Virus record (IMG/VR): IMGVR_UViG_3300044477_000031
Span: 1 to 47,196 of that record
Reading direction: 5' to 3' (one strand)
DNA length: 47,196 bases
From: a virus
Lineage: Duplodnaviria; Caudoviricetes
Shown here: positions 18,852 through 30,117 of the stretch, piece after piece
How the letters are laid out: each line of letters starts with the position of its first letter
Numbering within the stretch: the first letter of the stretch is position 1
Position numbers and translations under genes: made by a program
The notes under the pieces: generated by a model
Database searches by the model: none
Seen by the model: only the letters and a program-made list of their open reading frames with translations
What the model was told of the DNA's origin: nothing

Positions 18852-20645
18852 TTAATCGAAAACTGCAATGTCAATCAATTTACAATTATACACAGCACCC
18901 GATACGTTTATTCCTTTTATAGAAACACCGTATACTGTTTTTGGGTATGTTGTATTATTTGTTTGAACAAACGGGCCAACACCTTCGTTCTCGCAAGTTA
19001 GAATAGCGCTATATAGTGCATCTGTCATTGGTACAATAAAGTTTACCCAAAACAAACCAGTGCTAATAAATGTTACTGAATGGACATTCGCTGAGCCTAC
19101 AATTATACGCCTATTCAGTGTAACATTGCCGCTTGTAGTTGCCGATGCATGAGACACGGTAAACGTATTCGCGGTTACTCCGGTTATTGTATATAATCCA
19201 TCAACGCCCGATCCAGAAGTAAAATCGAGATAGACCTTATGGCCCACAATATGACCGTGCGCGGCGAGCGTAACCGTGCAAGTTGTTCCTGTGATAGCGT
19301 AAGTACCGGAAACGTTTGCGGCGGTTGAACCATCAACACTCGCTCTTGCACGGCAAGCGATAGAATTGCGCGTCTGATTTAATATAGCCCCATAACCCGT
19401 AAGTATATTATGTTGCTGACTGCTAGTATCCATAAAACTAGCCGCCATAATTATACTTCCTGCATTTACCGATACAACACCTTCTCCACCCGTTGTCGTA
19501 CATACAAGATTAGGCGCTGATATCATTGAAGCGTATGTTGCATATATTCCTGACGTTACATAATTTGAAACATCAGTAAGCCATATTCCTATATGCGAAG
19601 AGAATTGAGCCATGATACCGCGTCCGCAGTATATAAACTCTCCATCATATACTCTCGCACGACTCGCATAATTGCAGTTTAATCCTACAGACGCATAGTT
19701 AAATCCACCAGATTCAACAATTACCGAAGAGCAATGAAGAGCACTGATACCGATAATCCCAGACTGATAAGAAGCGAACGCGAAAATAGCCGCAATTATT
19801 GGTAATGCCGCATGATTTATTGCACCAAATACAGCAGGGGTTCCACCAACGCCAACAGTTATATAAGCAGGATCAACTGTTACCGATGCGTCAACGGCTG
19901 TTATAGTTATCCACGAAAGGTCTTTCCCGTCTACAATTATTTGCTCTTCCATTACAAAACCAGTGAGCAATTGCAACGTAACGCGAACGCCTGAAAGTTT
20001 ATATTGCGGGAACTTCAATGATACGTTTTCAATAGCCGCGTTAATTGTTGCGAAATCTCCGCCAGTTCCTACGGTGTATGTAACGCTTGCGGTTATAACT
20101 GGAGATGCCGCGGCCATTCTCGGGTCAAGATCGGTAACGAACGGATTAGATAATGAAGGCGTACCAAATGAACCGGCCATTGCCTCTTTCTGACCTGCTG
20201 TAGGAAGATCGGTTATTGCATCTATACCGCCAATGTTATGGGTTGATCCGTGCGTTTCTGGAGGTCTTGCATCAGAAAGTCTTCCGTCATTTGCTTGTAC
20301 TGCTTTCGCGGCAACGCTCTCACCGTCAGTAGCGAATTGTACTTTGCCTTTTACTGTCTCGCTTCCATCAGAAACCCAACCGTCAACCTTTCCGGTTCCA
20401 CTCGATATGACATGAGTATTAGGCGCGGGGTTGTTTGAGCCTAGCTGATCGGTTCCATTCAGTTCATGCGTGAGTTTATGCGCGATTGGATCGCCTTGAA
20501 GTAAATTGTACGGGACACGAACCATCTGCCCGGTTACTGCATCGCCCTGCCATAACTCTGCCTGTTCAGTTCCATCAAAAGGAAGAACAGCTTCATGCAT
20601 ATCAATGGTTCTAACGTATTGTCTAAGTTCTATAGGGTCAGACAT
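18852..20645 (-). CDS. tail fibre / receptor-binding protein
   Basis: HxxTH..G.D repeats, KGKVQFAT, YTVGTGGDFATINAAI, beta-helix-like middle. Confidence 0.85.
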   Translation of the reverse strand: MSDPIELRQYVRTIDMHEAVLPFDGTEQAELWQGDAVTGQMVRVPYNLLQGDPIAHKLTHELNGTDQLGSNNPAPNTHVISSGTGKVDGWVSDGSETVKGKVQFATDGESVAAKAVQANDGRLSDARPPETHGSTHNIGGIDAITDLPTAGQKEAMAGSFGTPSLSNPFVTDLDPRMAAASPVITASVTYTVGTGGDFATINAAIENVSLKFPQYKLSGVRVTLQLLTGFVMEEQIIVDGKDLSWITITAVDASVTVDPAYITVGVGGTPAVFGAINHAALPIIAAIFAFASYQSGIIGISALHCSSVIVESGGFNYASVGLNCNYASRARVYDGEFIYCGRGIMAQFSSHIGIWLTDVSNYVTSGIYATYASMISAPNLVCTTTGGEGVVSVNAGSIIMAASFMDTSSQQHNILTGYGAILNQTRNSIACRARASVDGSTAANVSGTYAITGTTCTVTLAAHGHIVGHKVYLDFTSGSGVDGLYTITGVTANTFTVSHASATTSGNVTLNRRIIVGSANVHSVTFISTGLFWVNFIVPMTDALYSAILTCENEGVGPFVQTNNTTYPKTVYGVSIKGINVSGAVYNCKLIDIAVFD

Positions 20646-20646
20646 T

Positions 20647-22464
20647 TCATACCACCTTTATCAATTCATTGTCAGCATCGGCGGTTCTGATATCGCCGTT
20701 TTCAGTTATTCTCAAGGTCACTGTTTCTGTAAGATCGCCTATCTTTTCAATAAGCGCAAGCCTTACTTTCGTTTGATACTTCTTTATATCGGGAGCAACT
20801 TTAATCACCAAGCAATTCCAGATACCTAACCATTTGCGATTCTCCGTATATAACTCTACCGTTATTATATCATAGATACGCCGGAATATACGATCCTTCC
20901 CGAGCAAAGTAATATCGCAGAACTTTGTAATACGTCCTAACTTCAATGCGTCGTCAGCGGCGCGTGCTTCTGCAATAGCCTTAGTTGTTATGAAAGTATT
21001 GTACGTTATTGTCTGCTTTGTTCTCGCGCTTCTCACAACTTCGTCAAGGCTTGATTGATCGACTACAGTCAAGTATTTATTTGACTTGTAATTCTTATCG
21101 TAGTTTATTTCAATGAACGCGGCAATGGTCTCTCGGTCAGTCTCGATTTGTATCTGCCCGTTTTCGAGATATTCCTCTTTGTAGATATAGTCGCAAGGCG
21201 TTCTATCCCATTTATTCAATCGTATCGTCCGAAGTCCATTAGCGTTGAAGTCGAAACGGAAACGGGTAGAACTTCCTTCCTGAATGAGTTTTATCACATC
21301 ATATAGCTTTTTCTTTTCAGGTAGGTACATCGAAATAGTTTCGATGCTTGCTGCCTCTGCGTTCCATTCAGTTAGATCATAGTTTGAATCGGTAAACTCT
21401 ACACCATTTGCAAGCTGTTCAAGTTTTGCAATTACATCCGGCGCGTGAGTAACCGCGTAGCCTTGCACTCCGATTATCTTGCATTCTCTTGCCGCGTCTC
21501 CAGATTCGCCTCTACCGTCTGCTTGAGATAAGGTGAACTCACCATGGACTAAATCAATTATAGTCGGGGTTACAAGCGTCCATACGCCGTCTATCTCTAC
21601 ATACACAGAACCAAGGGAAGTCAGTTCATTAGCTACACGATATGTTACAACGCCGGTATCAAGTTTTCCGTTCGTACAGATAGCAGGTATTTCAGTCGGT
21701 GAACCGAATACATACGGGATCGGCTTTGACAATAAATCATCATCGGCGTTAGGGTAATCGGCTGCTGAAAACAATTCTGCTGGAACGTCGATATCAAGCG
21801 ATTCGCGAATATCTTTCAACGTGATTTTACCATCTCGCATAGATACGGTTATATCATCAATAAGCATATACGCTACTGGTTCAAGATCATCGCGAACATA
21901 TTCACCGGTTTCATTTCGTGCAAGGTGATAGATTACCGCGTCATTAGAAAACAGCGTCATGTTATTAAGGAAGTCAAGCTCTCCGCCATTGTTCAAGAGC
22001 TTTACCGATCCAGATGCATAAGCAATCTTTGAATAGTTTATCAAGTCTTGCTGTTGCGATACGGATATCGAATCTTTCAACACTGGCAAGTATTCAAAAT
22101 CGTTTATGTATACTACGTTTTCATCGCAGAATCCAAACTGCTTGAGATATTCCGTCGCGTCTAACCTAGGAGAATATAGCAGACCATAGTTAACATATAA
22201 TTGCTGATTAGCAAAATCAAAGAAATACGTGTGCATCGTGTTACGGCATTCGAGTAAATCGTTAACGCGAGTAAAACGGGTGATATAGTTTATGATAACC
22301 GAAAGCACAAATACACGTTCATTTGACGACTCATCAGAAACTCCGAAAGTATTCGTCCAGAAATATGCAAGGCTTTTGGGAAATGGCGTATAGACATAAC
22401 AGAACGGCGAGACATTTGAGAATCTATTTGTTAATGTCCGCAAACCGATTTCAAATATTGTCAC
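20647..22464 (-). CDS. tail tip / hub protein
   Basis: Position in the tail module; KPIPYVFG motif. Confidence 0.7.
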   Translation of the reverse strand: MTIFEIGLRTLTNRFSNVSPFCYVYTPFPKSLAYFWTNTFGVSDESSNERVFVLSVIINYITRFTRVNDLLECRNTMHTYFFDFANQQLYVNYGLLYSPRLDATEYLKQFGFCDENVVYINDFEYLPVLKDSISVSQQQDLINYSKIAYASGSVKLLNNGGELDFLNNMTLFSNDAVIYHLARNETGEYVRDDLEPVAYMLIDDITVSMRDGKITLKDIRESLDIDVPAELFSAADYPNADDDLLSKPIPYVFGSPTEIPAICTNGKLDTGVVTYRVANELTSLGSVYVEIDGVWTLVTPTIIDLVHGEFTLSQADGRGESGDAARECKIIGVQGYAVTHAPDVIAKLEQLANGVEFTDSNYDLTEWNAEAASIETISMYLPEKKKLYDVIKLIQEGSSTRFRFDFNANGLRTIRLNKWDRTPCDYIYKEEYLENGQIQIETDRETIAAFIEINYDKNYKSNKYLTVVDQSSLDEVVRSARTKQTITYNTFITTKAIAEARAADDALKLGRITKFCDITLLGKDRIFRRIYDIITVELYTENRKWLGIWNCLVIKVAPDIKKYQTKVRLALIEKIGDLTETVTLRITENGDIRTADADNELIKVV

Positions 22465-23444
22465 GATACCACCGATGCATATACTCCACCGCCATTAATA
22501 TTGAATAAAAGCTGAAATAAATTAGGCTTACCGTCAGTGTCATTTACGCATGAAGAATATAGTGTTAATGTAAATGGTCCGCGCGTCACACCTAATCCCG
22601 GATCATCTTCTTTGTATTGCACATACATCGTTGCGCCCTCTTCTATTGTTAATCCGGTAACATTAAACGGTATCCCTTCTTGTGTTCCATCATTCCATGT
22701 TGATATAACATCAGCACCATATAATATTCTAACATTATTATCTGTTTGAGCATCTGCATTCTGCCATAGGACTCTGAATGCCTCAAAAGTACACGGCAAG
22801 TTAGCACCAGCTAAAGTTATTTGAAAAAGATTATACCAATTTCCATCTTCAAATAGCCTAGCAGGTTTTGTTTTAGAATCCATTTCGTTATAGTTTGTAT
22901 ATAGCGTATTAGGCAACCCGATTATTAATGCTGAATTATCAGTTGTATCTACATTTGATTCGAGGAAACGCGCCCAGTTATTTCCATAAGCGGTTGAATT
23001 AGCTTTTGCTGTTTCTGCATTCTTAGGTCTTGAATACGCGACAGTGCGAGGGAAGTCAATCAATCCTGCGCCATAAGCAAGCGATTCATCGAATACATAG
23101 AACTTTCCAGTGGTATCATACCAGCCATTCCATTGATCGTTCCATGAAACGTCGGTCAGTGTCGCAACGTATGCAGCGGTTACAAGATTGTTTATATTAT
23201 CGACGGTTAGTTGAATGTAATCTGTTTCGGTTCCGGTTATGGCTACGTCAATGTTAGCTTTATACCATGCGCCGCCGATATAGAAAACAGAACCGCGAAT
23301 AATATAACCGGTTCCCGTTACGACTTTAACCGGCCACGGATTCTTGAATGAAAGCGCAAGCGTATCGGTAATGTCGATCAGTCTTTGCCAGTCGGTTAAA
23401 GAAGCTGGTGAATCGAGCGGTGCAGTCTGTTTATCTATTGCCAT
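22461..23444 (-). CDS. tail protein
   Basis: Gene order. Confidence 0.6.
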   Translation of the reverse strand: MAIDKQTAPLDSPASLTDWQRLIDITDTLALSFKNPWPVKVVTGTGYIIRGSVFYIGGAWYKANIDVAITGTETDYIQLTVDNINNLVTAAYVATLTDVSWNDQWNGWYDTTGKFYVFDESLAYGAGLIDFPRTVAYSRPKNAETAKANSTAYGNNWARFLESNVDTTDNSALIIGLPNTLYTNYNEMDSKTKPARLFEDGNWYNLFQITLAGANLPCTFEAFRVLWQNADAQTDNNVRILYGADVISTWNDGTQEGIPFNVTGLTIEEGATMYVQYKEDDPGLGVTRGPFTLTLYSSCVNDTDGKPNLFQLLFNINGGGVYASVVS

Positions 23445-24166
23445 TATCGAGCCTCCGTAAGTTTTACATTGAATGCGATTCTCTGCGAACTTCTTTCAAC
23501 AGAAGTTAAATAATCAGTTGTACAATAAATAGGCTGATACACCGTATGATTATCTTCGCTGATATCAGCCCAGATAAACCCTTGTCCTACCGCCTGAAAC
23601 TGTTCAATGATTCCGTGATATTCTTCGCGTTCTATCCCTGCAAACTGCAAGCTATATACAAGTAATGAAGGAATGTACTGATATGACACTTGGCCATAGT
23701 CGCTCGATTCCTTTTCGGATAGGTCTTCAAACGCTTTATCGAAGTTAGCGAGCGGCAACGTGTCATAGTGCCCGGTTCCGGCCGCAAGTCCTCCGATATA
23801 AAGATCTTCTGTTACCGCGCATGATGCATCTATCTCGATTATGCGAACGGTTAACGGATCGAAGTACAGCGAACCGCTTTTTAATTGCCGTGCGTTTCCA
23901 GAACAATCTACCGTTTTTGTATCTAGCAGAACACTAAGATTATTATAGAGTCGTATCGTCATTGCGTTCGCATTAGAGTACGCATAGAAAAAGCAGTCTA
24001 TCGAAGTGTTTCGCGGTAATACTATCCGTATCGTATCACCGTATGTCGTCGCCTTAAACTTTTTATAAAGGAATGGTGACTGAACATTCGTTACCGGGTA
24101 ATTAGTGTTTGCGTACAGCGAAGTTATGGCCGCGTCAAGTAGTTCATTCTTGAAAAGAAAAATCAT
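23444..24166 (-). CDS. distal tail-like protein
   Basis: Directly downstream of the tape measure gene. Confidence 0.6.
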   Translation of the reverse strand: MIFLFKNELLDAAITSLYANTNYPVTNVQSPFLYKKFKATTYGDTIRIVLPRNTSIDCFFYAYSNANAMTIRLYNNLSVLLDTKTVDCSGNARQLKSGSLYFDPLTVRIIEIDASCAVTEDLYIGGLAAGTGHYDTLPLANFDKAFEDLSEKESSDYGQVSYQYIPSLLVYSLQFAGIEREEYHGIIEQFQAVGQGFIWADISEDNHTVYQPIYCTTDYLTSVERSSQRIAFNVKLTEAR

Positions 24167-26709
24167 CCTTCACCTCTCACAATACCTTTGCGTACATAGC
24201 TCATTGTGTTCTCGGCCATTCTCTCGCCGTCAACTTCTAGGATAACATGAATAGTCTGTGAACCAGAACCGCCTAACTGCGAAGCTATTGCACTCGCCAT
24301 TTGATTTACGAACGCTTTCCCGGTTTCGCCTGTATTGAATAACACCTCACCGGAGCCGTTCTCAGCAACACGCGCAAGGCTACCACCACCCGAAGGCTCT
24401 ACGATACCACCTGTAGCGAAGCTCTTTATCGGCTTTGATTGATTGATTGTGCCTAGCTGTATCGCGCCTATTGAAGCCGCGACACCGGCAAGAATTAAGC
24501 CGACCCAGAACGGCTGAGTATTAAGCGCGTTTACGACGGCTTGCGCGGTTGAAGCAACGGCGGATAACTTCTTAAGATTCCATGCCTGCATCTCTCCCTT
24601 ATACTCAAGCTCCGCCTTCTTCTTCGCATACTTTTCTTCTATCTTTGACTTTTCAAGTTCTTGTCGTGCCTTCTCTATATTTGTTGCGTCTCCGCTTGCG
24701 ACAGCGGCATCGTATTCCTTTTGCGCTTTCTCTACTGCGGTATCCTCTGACAAGCCAGCCGCTTCCAGTTCTTCCTGCATTTGAAGATCGAGTAGCTCGG
24801 CTTGCCTTTCATACATTGCATCATAGTAATCGGAAAGCGCTGAGATTAAATCGCTGGCACCTCCAAGCATGGTGCTTGTGTTGTCGAGGAACTTTCTTAT
24901 CGATTCTTCTTTTTCAAGATTGTCGTAATATTCGTTCGTCTTATCGATAAGCTCTTGCTTCTGCTCAAGCAACAATTCAGAATCCTGTATCTCTTGAAGC
25001 ATCTCTTGCCTAGCTTTCCCGCTTCCAGATACAGTCTCATTCCCAAGCTCACGAACCTTATCTATCAATAGCTGTTTCTGTGCAAGCTCTTCTTGAGTGA
25101 CTTTTACTTGTTCGTCACGCAATATCTGAATAGCCTTGAGCCGATCTTCTTCTAGCTTCGAACCTTGTTTCCACTGAACCTGATTAAGTTCGTCTATCTG
25201 ATCCTGAAGTTTCTGGTATTCTGATTTTTCACCTTCAAGAATAGAAAGTATATCGCTTCGCGCATTTTTATATTTTTCAAGTTCTTCTTTTGATTGTTTT
25301 GTTTTAACCGCTATATCTTCGGTAGCGTCTGCTGTTTCCTTTGTCAAAGATGCAACGCGCTTTTGAAACTCTACAGTTCCCGGCATATAAGATAGTCGTG
25401 TCTGCTCTACGTCTGCTACGTCCTTTATAGACCGTAACGTACGCTTCATTTCTTCGGTAGTCTTTTCAGACTTTATTCCGATCAACGCTACTTGCTGTAC
25501 CGATATGCCCAAATCTTGCGCAATCTGTTGCGTCATGGCCTGCATTTCGGTGAATGAGCCGCCTCCGCGTGATGCGCGGGCTATCGCCTCTTGAACATCG
25601 GATATCTTTTGCGCGCTTACTCCGGCAAGCTCGCCTATTTCTCCGAACTTTTCGCCGACTTCGGCAAGCATTTTCTTGTTATTCTCTTCGCCAAGCTTCT
25701 TAAGTCCTATATAAAGAGCGGCGATACCCGCAAGTGCAAGCCCTATCGGATTTGCAGAAAGCGCAATCATTGCACCTTGCAAGAGTTTCACCGCTTCTAT
25801 TGCCTTCGCTACACCTAATACAAGAGGGCCGAAACCAGCAGCAAGCGCGGCAACGGTCAGAATAGTTCTGCGCTGTTCATCGCTCATTGATCCTAGGCTT
25901 CCAATAAGCGAACGACCGGCCTTTATAACGTCAAGCATTATCGGCAATAGTTGTTTGCCAAACTCAGCCGCTTCATTCTTAACCATAGCGGTAGTTATGC
26001 GCGTCGAGTTAGCCAGCTCATCAGAAGTGTTGACAAAGTCTCCAGCGAAGCGGCTTGTCTGTTCCATTATCAACGCAAGCCGTGCTTGAGTCTTTGCGTT
26101 TGTATCGAGTTCTTCGCCTGTCTTGACTAATCCTAATTCAAGCGCCTTTGCCTGTACAGCCGCTTCTGTAAGCGATACCGCATAACGCCTTATTGGTTCT
26201 GACTCTCCGCGCAATGCCGACTGAATTGCGAGCATCGAATCTTTTACATCGGTATTGAAGATCGATGCCATATCAGCGGCGCGTTTTGTTAAGTTTATTG
26301 TTTCATCTGCCGCTTCTCTTGCTGAGTATCCAGCATTTTGAAGACCTGCACCGATTACCGCGCTTGACTGATAGAACTCTGCCGCTGATAATCCCGCTTG
26401 CGTTGCCGCTGTTTTACCCCAATCAAGTATTACATCTTTTGATTCTTTGAAAACTACGCTTGCCGCGTTTGCTGATTCATTCGCATCGCTTGCGAACTTC
26501 ACCATAGCAGCACCGGCGGCAACAATAGGAGCTGATATAGTAAGAGACATTTTACCGGCAAGTCGCGTTATATTTTCAGTTGCTTTACCAGTCTCATTTA
26601 TTTTCTTTGCGAGCTTGTCAAACTTTCCTACAGCTCCATTGATATCGCTCTCAAGGTCGGAAAGTTTAACGCGTACACTGGAATATATTGTACCGGCATC
26701 TATGCTCAT
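24163..26709 (-). CDS. tail tape measure protein
   Basis: 848 aa, Ala-rich and helical; RAADMASIFN, SALRGESEP and FATGGIV motifs. Confidence 0.93.
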   Translation of the reverse strand: MSIDAGTIYSSVRVKLSDLESDINGAVGKFDKLAKKINETGKATENITRLAGKMSLTISAPIVAAGAAMVKFASDANESANAASVVFKESKDVILDWGKTAATQAGLSAAEFYQSSAVIGAGLQNAGYSAREAADETINLTKRAADMASIFNTDVKDSMLAIQSALRGESEPIRRYAVSLTEAAVQAKALELGLVKTGEELDTNAKTQARLALIMEQTSRFAGDFVNTSDELANSTRITTAMVKNEAAEFGKQLLPIMLDVIKAGRSLIGSLGSMSDEQRRTILTVAALAAGFGPLVLGVAKAIEAVKLLQGAMIALSANPIGLALAGIAALYIGLKKLGEENNKKMLAEVGEKFGEIGELAGVSAQKISDVQEAIARASRGGGSFTEMQAMTQQIAQDLGISVQQVALIGIKSEKTTEEMKRTLRSIKDVADVEQTRLSYMPGTVEFQKRVASLTKETADATEDIAVKTKQSKEELEKYKNARSDILSILEGEKSEYQKLQDQIDELNQVQWKQGSKLEEDRLKAIQILRDEQVKVTQEELAQKQLLIDKVRELGNETVSGSGKARQEMLQEIQDSELLLEQKQELIDKTNEYYDNLEKEESIRKFLDNTSTMLGGASDLISALSDYYDAMYERQAELLDLQMQEELEAAGLSEDTAVEKAQKEYDAAVASGDATNIEKARQELEKSKIEEKYAKKKAELEYKGEMQAWNLKKLSAVASTAQAVVNALNTQPFWVGLILAGVAASIGAIQLGTINQSKPIKSFATGGIVEPSGGGSLARVAENGSGEVLFNTGETGKAFVNQMASAIASQLGGSGSQTIHVILEVDGERMAENTMSYVRKGIVRGEG

Positions 26710-27362
26710 CTAGCGTTTCCCTTTCGTTTGCATTCCTCTTCAAAGTCCGAATAGATCATGTATGCTCGTGTATCAATGTCACGTTTGTTAAAGTCTGAAA
26801 GTAAGCCGTGACAATAATCAGACGGCCTCCCGCCTGACTTCTTTTGCAATATAGCCGCATTAAGCAATATATCTTTTGTGACAAGCCCTATCTCTGTTCG
26901 TTTTGATCCAAGAATATATTCTGTAATGCTAGCGGTGAAGTCATTCGGCAGCACAAGGTCAAATAGAACGCGCAATGACGCGGCCTTTTGTTCCAGATCG
27001 CTCCTTTCAGGGCCGCGCTCAAGTTTGTTTAAGTCTTTCTGTATATCTATAAAGCGTTCGTTCGCTTCTTTTGCGAAGTCGCCTGCTTGTGCTAATTGAA
27101 ATATCTGTGTATATGTCGGCGATACAAGAGCCGCTTTTATAATGTTATGCTGTATCTCAAGCGTGTTAACGATTGCACGCCAATCTTTTGACGGCGCACT
27201 GTTGTCTGTATCAAGATTTATAAGTGAAAAGTTACCGATAGCCTGTATTTGAAGATCGGAAAGCTCCCGCACTTTCACAAGCACGGGAGTTCCTTTCCAG
27301 TCAACGGATATAAGAGCGCATTCTGCATTGTCGATAGTTGTTTCTTTTTTTGCCTTTCTCAT
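26706..27362 (-). CDS. tail assembly chaperone
   Basis: Between the major tail and tape measure genes. Confidence 0.65.
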   Translation of the reverse strand: MRKAKKETTIDNAECALISVDWKGTPVLVKVRELSDLQIQAIGNFSLINLDTDNSAPSKDWRAIVNTLEIQHNIIKAALVSPTYTQIFQLAQAGDFAKEANERFIDIQKDLNKLERGPERSDLEQKAASLRVLFDLVLPNDFTASITEYILGSKRTEIGLVTKDILLNAAILQKKSGGRPSDYCHGLLSDFNKRDIDTRAYMIYSDFEEECKRKGNAR

Positions 27363-27380
27363 ATCCGTAAACTCCTTTAA

Positions 27381-28301
27381 TTAAACCGCGTCGAACATGG
27401 CGGGAGTCCAGTCTTCGACATCAATCATTTCGGTAATGATCGGGCCGCTTTCCGTTCCGCCTTTCGGCTTATAGTTTACACCGGTAAGCGTGTAATTGGT
27501 AACGCCGAATCCGGCTGCCATGCCATGCTCTCCGAGTGTTCCCTTGCACATACGGAAAGTCTTGTGTTCCCATCCGGTTATCTGGTCTTCCAGGTTTGAT
27601 CCCGAAGAGTAGACGGGGTTGTACGTCTCGATCTCGATAACGACCTTCTTGGTTCCGCTATCAGGCGAAGTGTACGTCTTCCCGTCAACCGAAAGAGTGC
27701 CGCTCTCGATAAGCTCGATAAGCTCGAAATCCTCGGCGGTATCAACGGCGCTTCCGCTCCATCCTTTCTGATATCCTTCGATGATTACTTCGGTGTCTTT
27801 GCCGTTCGCGTCGGTCACCGTCTGCGTGGTATCTTCCTTGAGCGTAGGGGTCGCCGTGAAAGTTTGCATTGTATCGGACTTGATAGCCTTAATACCCTTT
27901 CCCTGTCCGATCATCATGAGCCGTGCGCCGGTTCCGTATACCTGAACGTATGCACCAGTGGTAGAGTTTACCGCCTTGAGCCGTCCGGTAGTAACGTCTT
28001 TGCTGAACGTCCATCCGGTAATGCTCGCTGCCGTAAGCGCGGTCACGCATTCGTCAACGGTAACTGCTGAATCATCAGCCGCAGCCGTAAGGTCGAACGT
28101 CTCCGAAACTACCGCTTCATCATCTACCTTGAGAAAGATAGGAATTGAAGTAATCGTTGCAGTTACGCTTGAAAAATCGAACGGCCCAGCGCCGCCGATA
28201 ACATTGTTGTACTCGGGTCTCGAAAGATCATCATTCAAGGCACGAGCGCGAAGGCGTGAAAGTCCATACCTGTACTTTGCGCCTGATTCTCTCATGGACA
28301 T
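27381..28301 (-). CDS. major tail tube protein
   Basis: Gene order, strong codon bias, Thr/Gly-rich beta protein. Confidence 0.75.
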   Translation of the reverse strand: MSMRESGAKYRYGLSRLRARALNDDLSRPEYNNVIGGAGPFDFSSVTATITSIPIFLKVDDEAVVSETFDLTAAADDSAVTVDECVTALTAASITGWTFSKDVTTGRLKAVNSTTGAYVQVYGTGARLMMIGQGKGIKAIKSDTMQTFTATPTLKEDTTQTVTDANGKDTEVIIEGYQKGWSGSAVDTAEDFELIELIESGTLSVDGKTYTSPDSGTKKVVIEIETYNPVYSSGSNLEDQITGWEHKTFRMCKGTLGEHGMAAGFGVTNYTLTGVNYKPKGGTESGPIITEMIDVEDWTPAMFDAV

Positions 28302-28315
28302 ATTTTATATCTCCC

Positions 28316-28666
28316 TTAAAAAGAATGCGTAGGCATTAAAAATAACGCCTCCATTGAAATAGTGTTATCGTCTGAAACGACATTCACATCCGTATAATCA
28401 ATCAACTGCCCTAGGGCGTTGTGGTTACCACTGTCATCGGTAATAAAATAGTTATTGAGCAAAACAACAACTGATCGTAAATCGTTTTCAAGTATCGCCT
28501 GTGAACCTGCTACATTATGAAGTATCACGCGGATATTTCGCCCGTTAATTCCTTTCTCTGGTTTGATAACTCCATAAGGCGGTGAAGGAATACAGTCACC
28601 GCCGAAACGAACCCATTGCAAAGTAGGATAGTTATTTATAAGGTATGTCAGTATTGCTTCTATCAT
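28316..28666 (-). CDS. tail terminator-like protein
   Basis: Gene order and size. Confidence 0.55.
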   Translation of the reverse strand: MIEAILTYLINNYPTLQWVRFGGDCIPSPPYGVIKPEKGINGRNIRVILHNVAGSQAILENDLRSVVVLLNNYFITDDSGNHNALGQLIDYTDVNVVSDDNTISMEALFLMPTHSF

Positions 28667-29046
28667 GCCGCATCACCCCATATATTCCGCAAGTCTTTCT
28701 GAAACTCTGCGTCAAGATCAATAATGATAGGCACTAATGATTCATGTTTCCTATCATTTGCAAGCTCAAGATATACACCATATTCGACTTTATGTGCAAT
28801 CAAAAAACCTACTTCCGTTTGTGTATCTATCAATGCGCCGAATACAGTATTATATGCAGTCTCTGTTCTATTAGTCCAGAAAGCATTGAATGCCTGAAAC
28901 TTTCTGAATAGTTGTATTGCCTTTGCTGAATAGTATTGTGAAAGAACTACACTGGCATATACCTTACGCGCATTAAAACCTTTTATGTTAAAACAAACAT
29001 CGTCAATGTTTTTCTTTAACGCTTGCTGTTCTGCCTGATAAGACAT
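28663..29046 (-). CDS. neck / tail-completion protein (HK97 gp10-like)
   Basis: WTNRTETA...AHKVEYGVYLELAN motif. Confidence 0.8.
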   Translation of the reverse strand: MSYQAEQQALKKNIDDVCFNIKGFNARKVYASVVLSQYYSAKAIQLFRKFQAFNAFWTNRTETAYNTVFGALIDTQTEVGFLIAHKVEYGVYLELANDRKHESLVPIIIDLDAEFQKDLRNIWGDAA

Positions 29047-29095
29047 TGCTTTATTTTCTTTCGCCCATTTTCGCGTATCGCGTTTTTCAAATGAA

Positions 29096-29269
29096 CTATA
29101 TCTTACCGGCAACTGCAACCTCCGCGCCTATAATCAACTGACTGGCAAGGCGCAACGCTTCTTCAACCGTGAATCCAATCATTTCACCGCATACCATTAT
29201 ATTTACTTTATATTCGGTAGAGATAGTTTCTTTTTTCGGTGCATCAGCGGCGCTTCCCGGTAACGTCAT
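29096..29269 (-). CDS. hypothetical protein
   Basis: ATGA overlap with the upstream gene. Confidence 0.45.
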   Translation of the reverse strand: MTLPGSAADAPKKETISTEYKVNIMVCGEMIGFTVEEALRLASQLIIGAEVAVAGKI

Positions 29270-29556
29270 TTCCCGGCAACCTTTACAAACATTGCTATTA
29301 GCATCGGGAACGCGCTTCCAGAACCAAACAGAACCGCGCTTAAAGCGATGACCCTTGCCGGAGTCCACTTGCGACGTTTAACCATCTTTAATATCTCTGC
29401 TTGAGTATCAAGAATGGTATTGACCGTCACACTCATTTCACCTTGTTTCTGCGATATCTCGTTGACTACAATAACGGTTTCATCCTGCTTCTTTCGCAGA
29501 TAGGTTACGTTATCATAGAGAATATTATGAGCATCACACACACCGCTTGGCTTCAT
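29266..29556 (-). CDS. coiled-coil plus C-terminal TM protein (holin/XhlA-like architecture)
   Basis: Heptad N-terminus and hydrophobic C-terminus. Confidence 0.5.
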   Translation of the reverse strand: MKPSGVCDAHNILYDNVTYLRKKQDETVIVVNEISQKQGEMSVTVNTILDTQAEILKMVKRRKWTPARVIALSAVLFGSGSAFPMLIAMFVKVAGK

Positions 29557-30116
29557 GCTAGTACCACCGTTACTGTATATATTTGAGTTGTAAGATTTTG
29601 CGCTGTTACCGTGTATTCAACCGGATTGGTAAAGTCTTGCGCTCCAATCGGCGATATCATTTGACCATTCTGCACGATAGTAGGAGTCAATGCAGTTACC
29701 GGAGTTCCGATTGGAAGCGTAACCGTTATATTCAAGCCTACGATAACGCCGACTACCGATCCAATCTTGAATGAGCTTAGAGCCTTTGCAGTTGACAGCG
29801 TTACAAGTGTAAGCGATGCACGTTTCCCGTATACCTCGCCCATTGCCCGTATCGAGTCGACCGCGTTTACTTTCCATCCGTTACCGTTTTCAATAAGCAC
29901 GGTATTTTCGGTTACTTGCGTATCATAGTAAAGGTCAACAAACATAGAGAACGAAGTACCAAGCCCTACAGGCGTTGTCTTATTAGACGGCACGCTTGCT
30001 GCCTCATGCGATAGGCGAATAGTCTCGACTATCAAGGATCCATTCTTGAAAAAACTTACATCGGTAGGATTAGCTTGTATAACTCTATCAAATGCATCGC
30101 GGAATTGTTCTATCAT
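29553..30116 (-). CDS. head-closure protein fused to an Ig-like (DUF5018-type) domain
   Basis: C-terminal ITVTLPIGTPVTALTPT...QDFTNPVEYTVTAQN. Confidence 0.7.
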   Translation of the reverse strand: MIEQFRDAFDRVIQANPTDVSFFKNGSLIVETIRLSHEAASVPSNKTTPVGLGTSFSMFVDLYYDTQVTENTVLIENGNGWKVNAVDSIRAMGEVYGKRASLTLVTLSTAKALSSFKIGSVVGVIVGLNITVTLPIGTPVTALTPTIVQNGQMISPIGAQDFTNPVEYTVTAQNLTTQIYTVTVVLA

Positions 30117-30117
30117 G

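Noticed and set aside
26706-27362. Programmed frameshift in the tail chaperone
   Set aside because: A single ORF runs up to the tape measure start, with no second overlapping frame needed.
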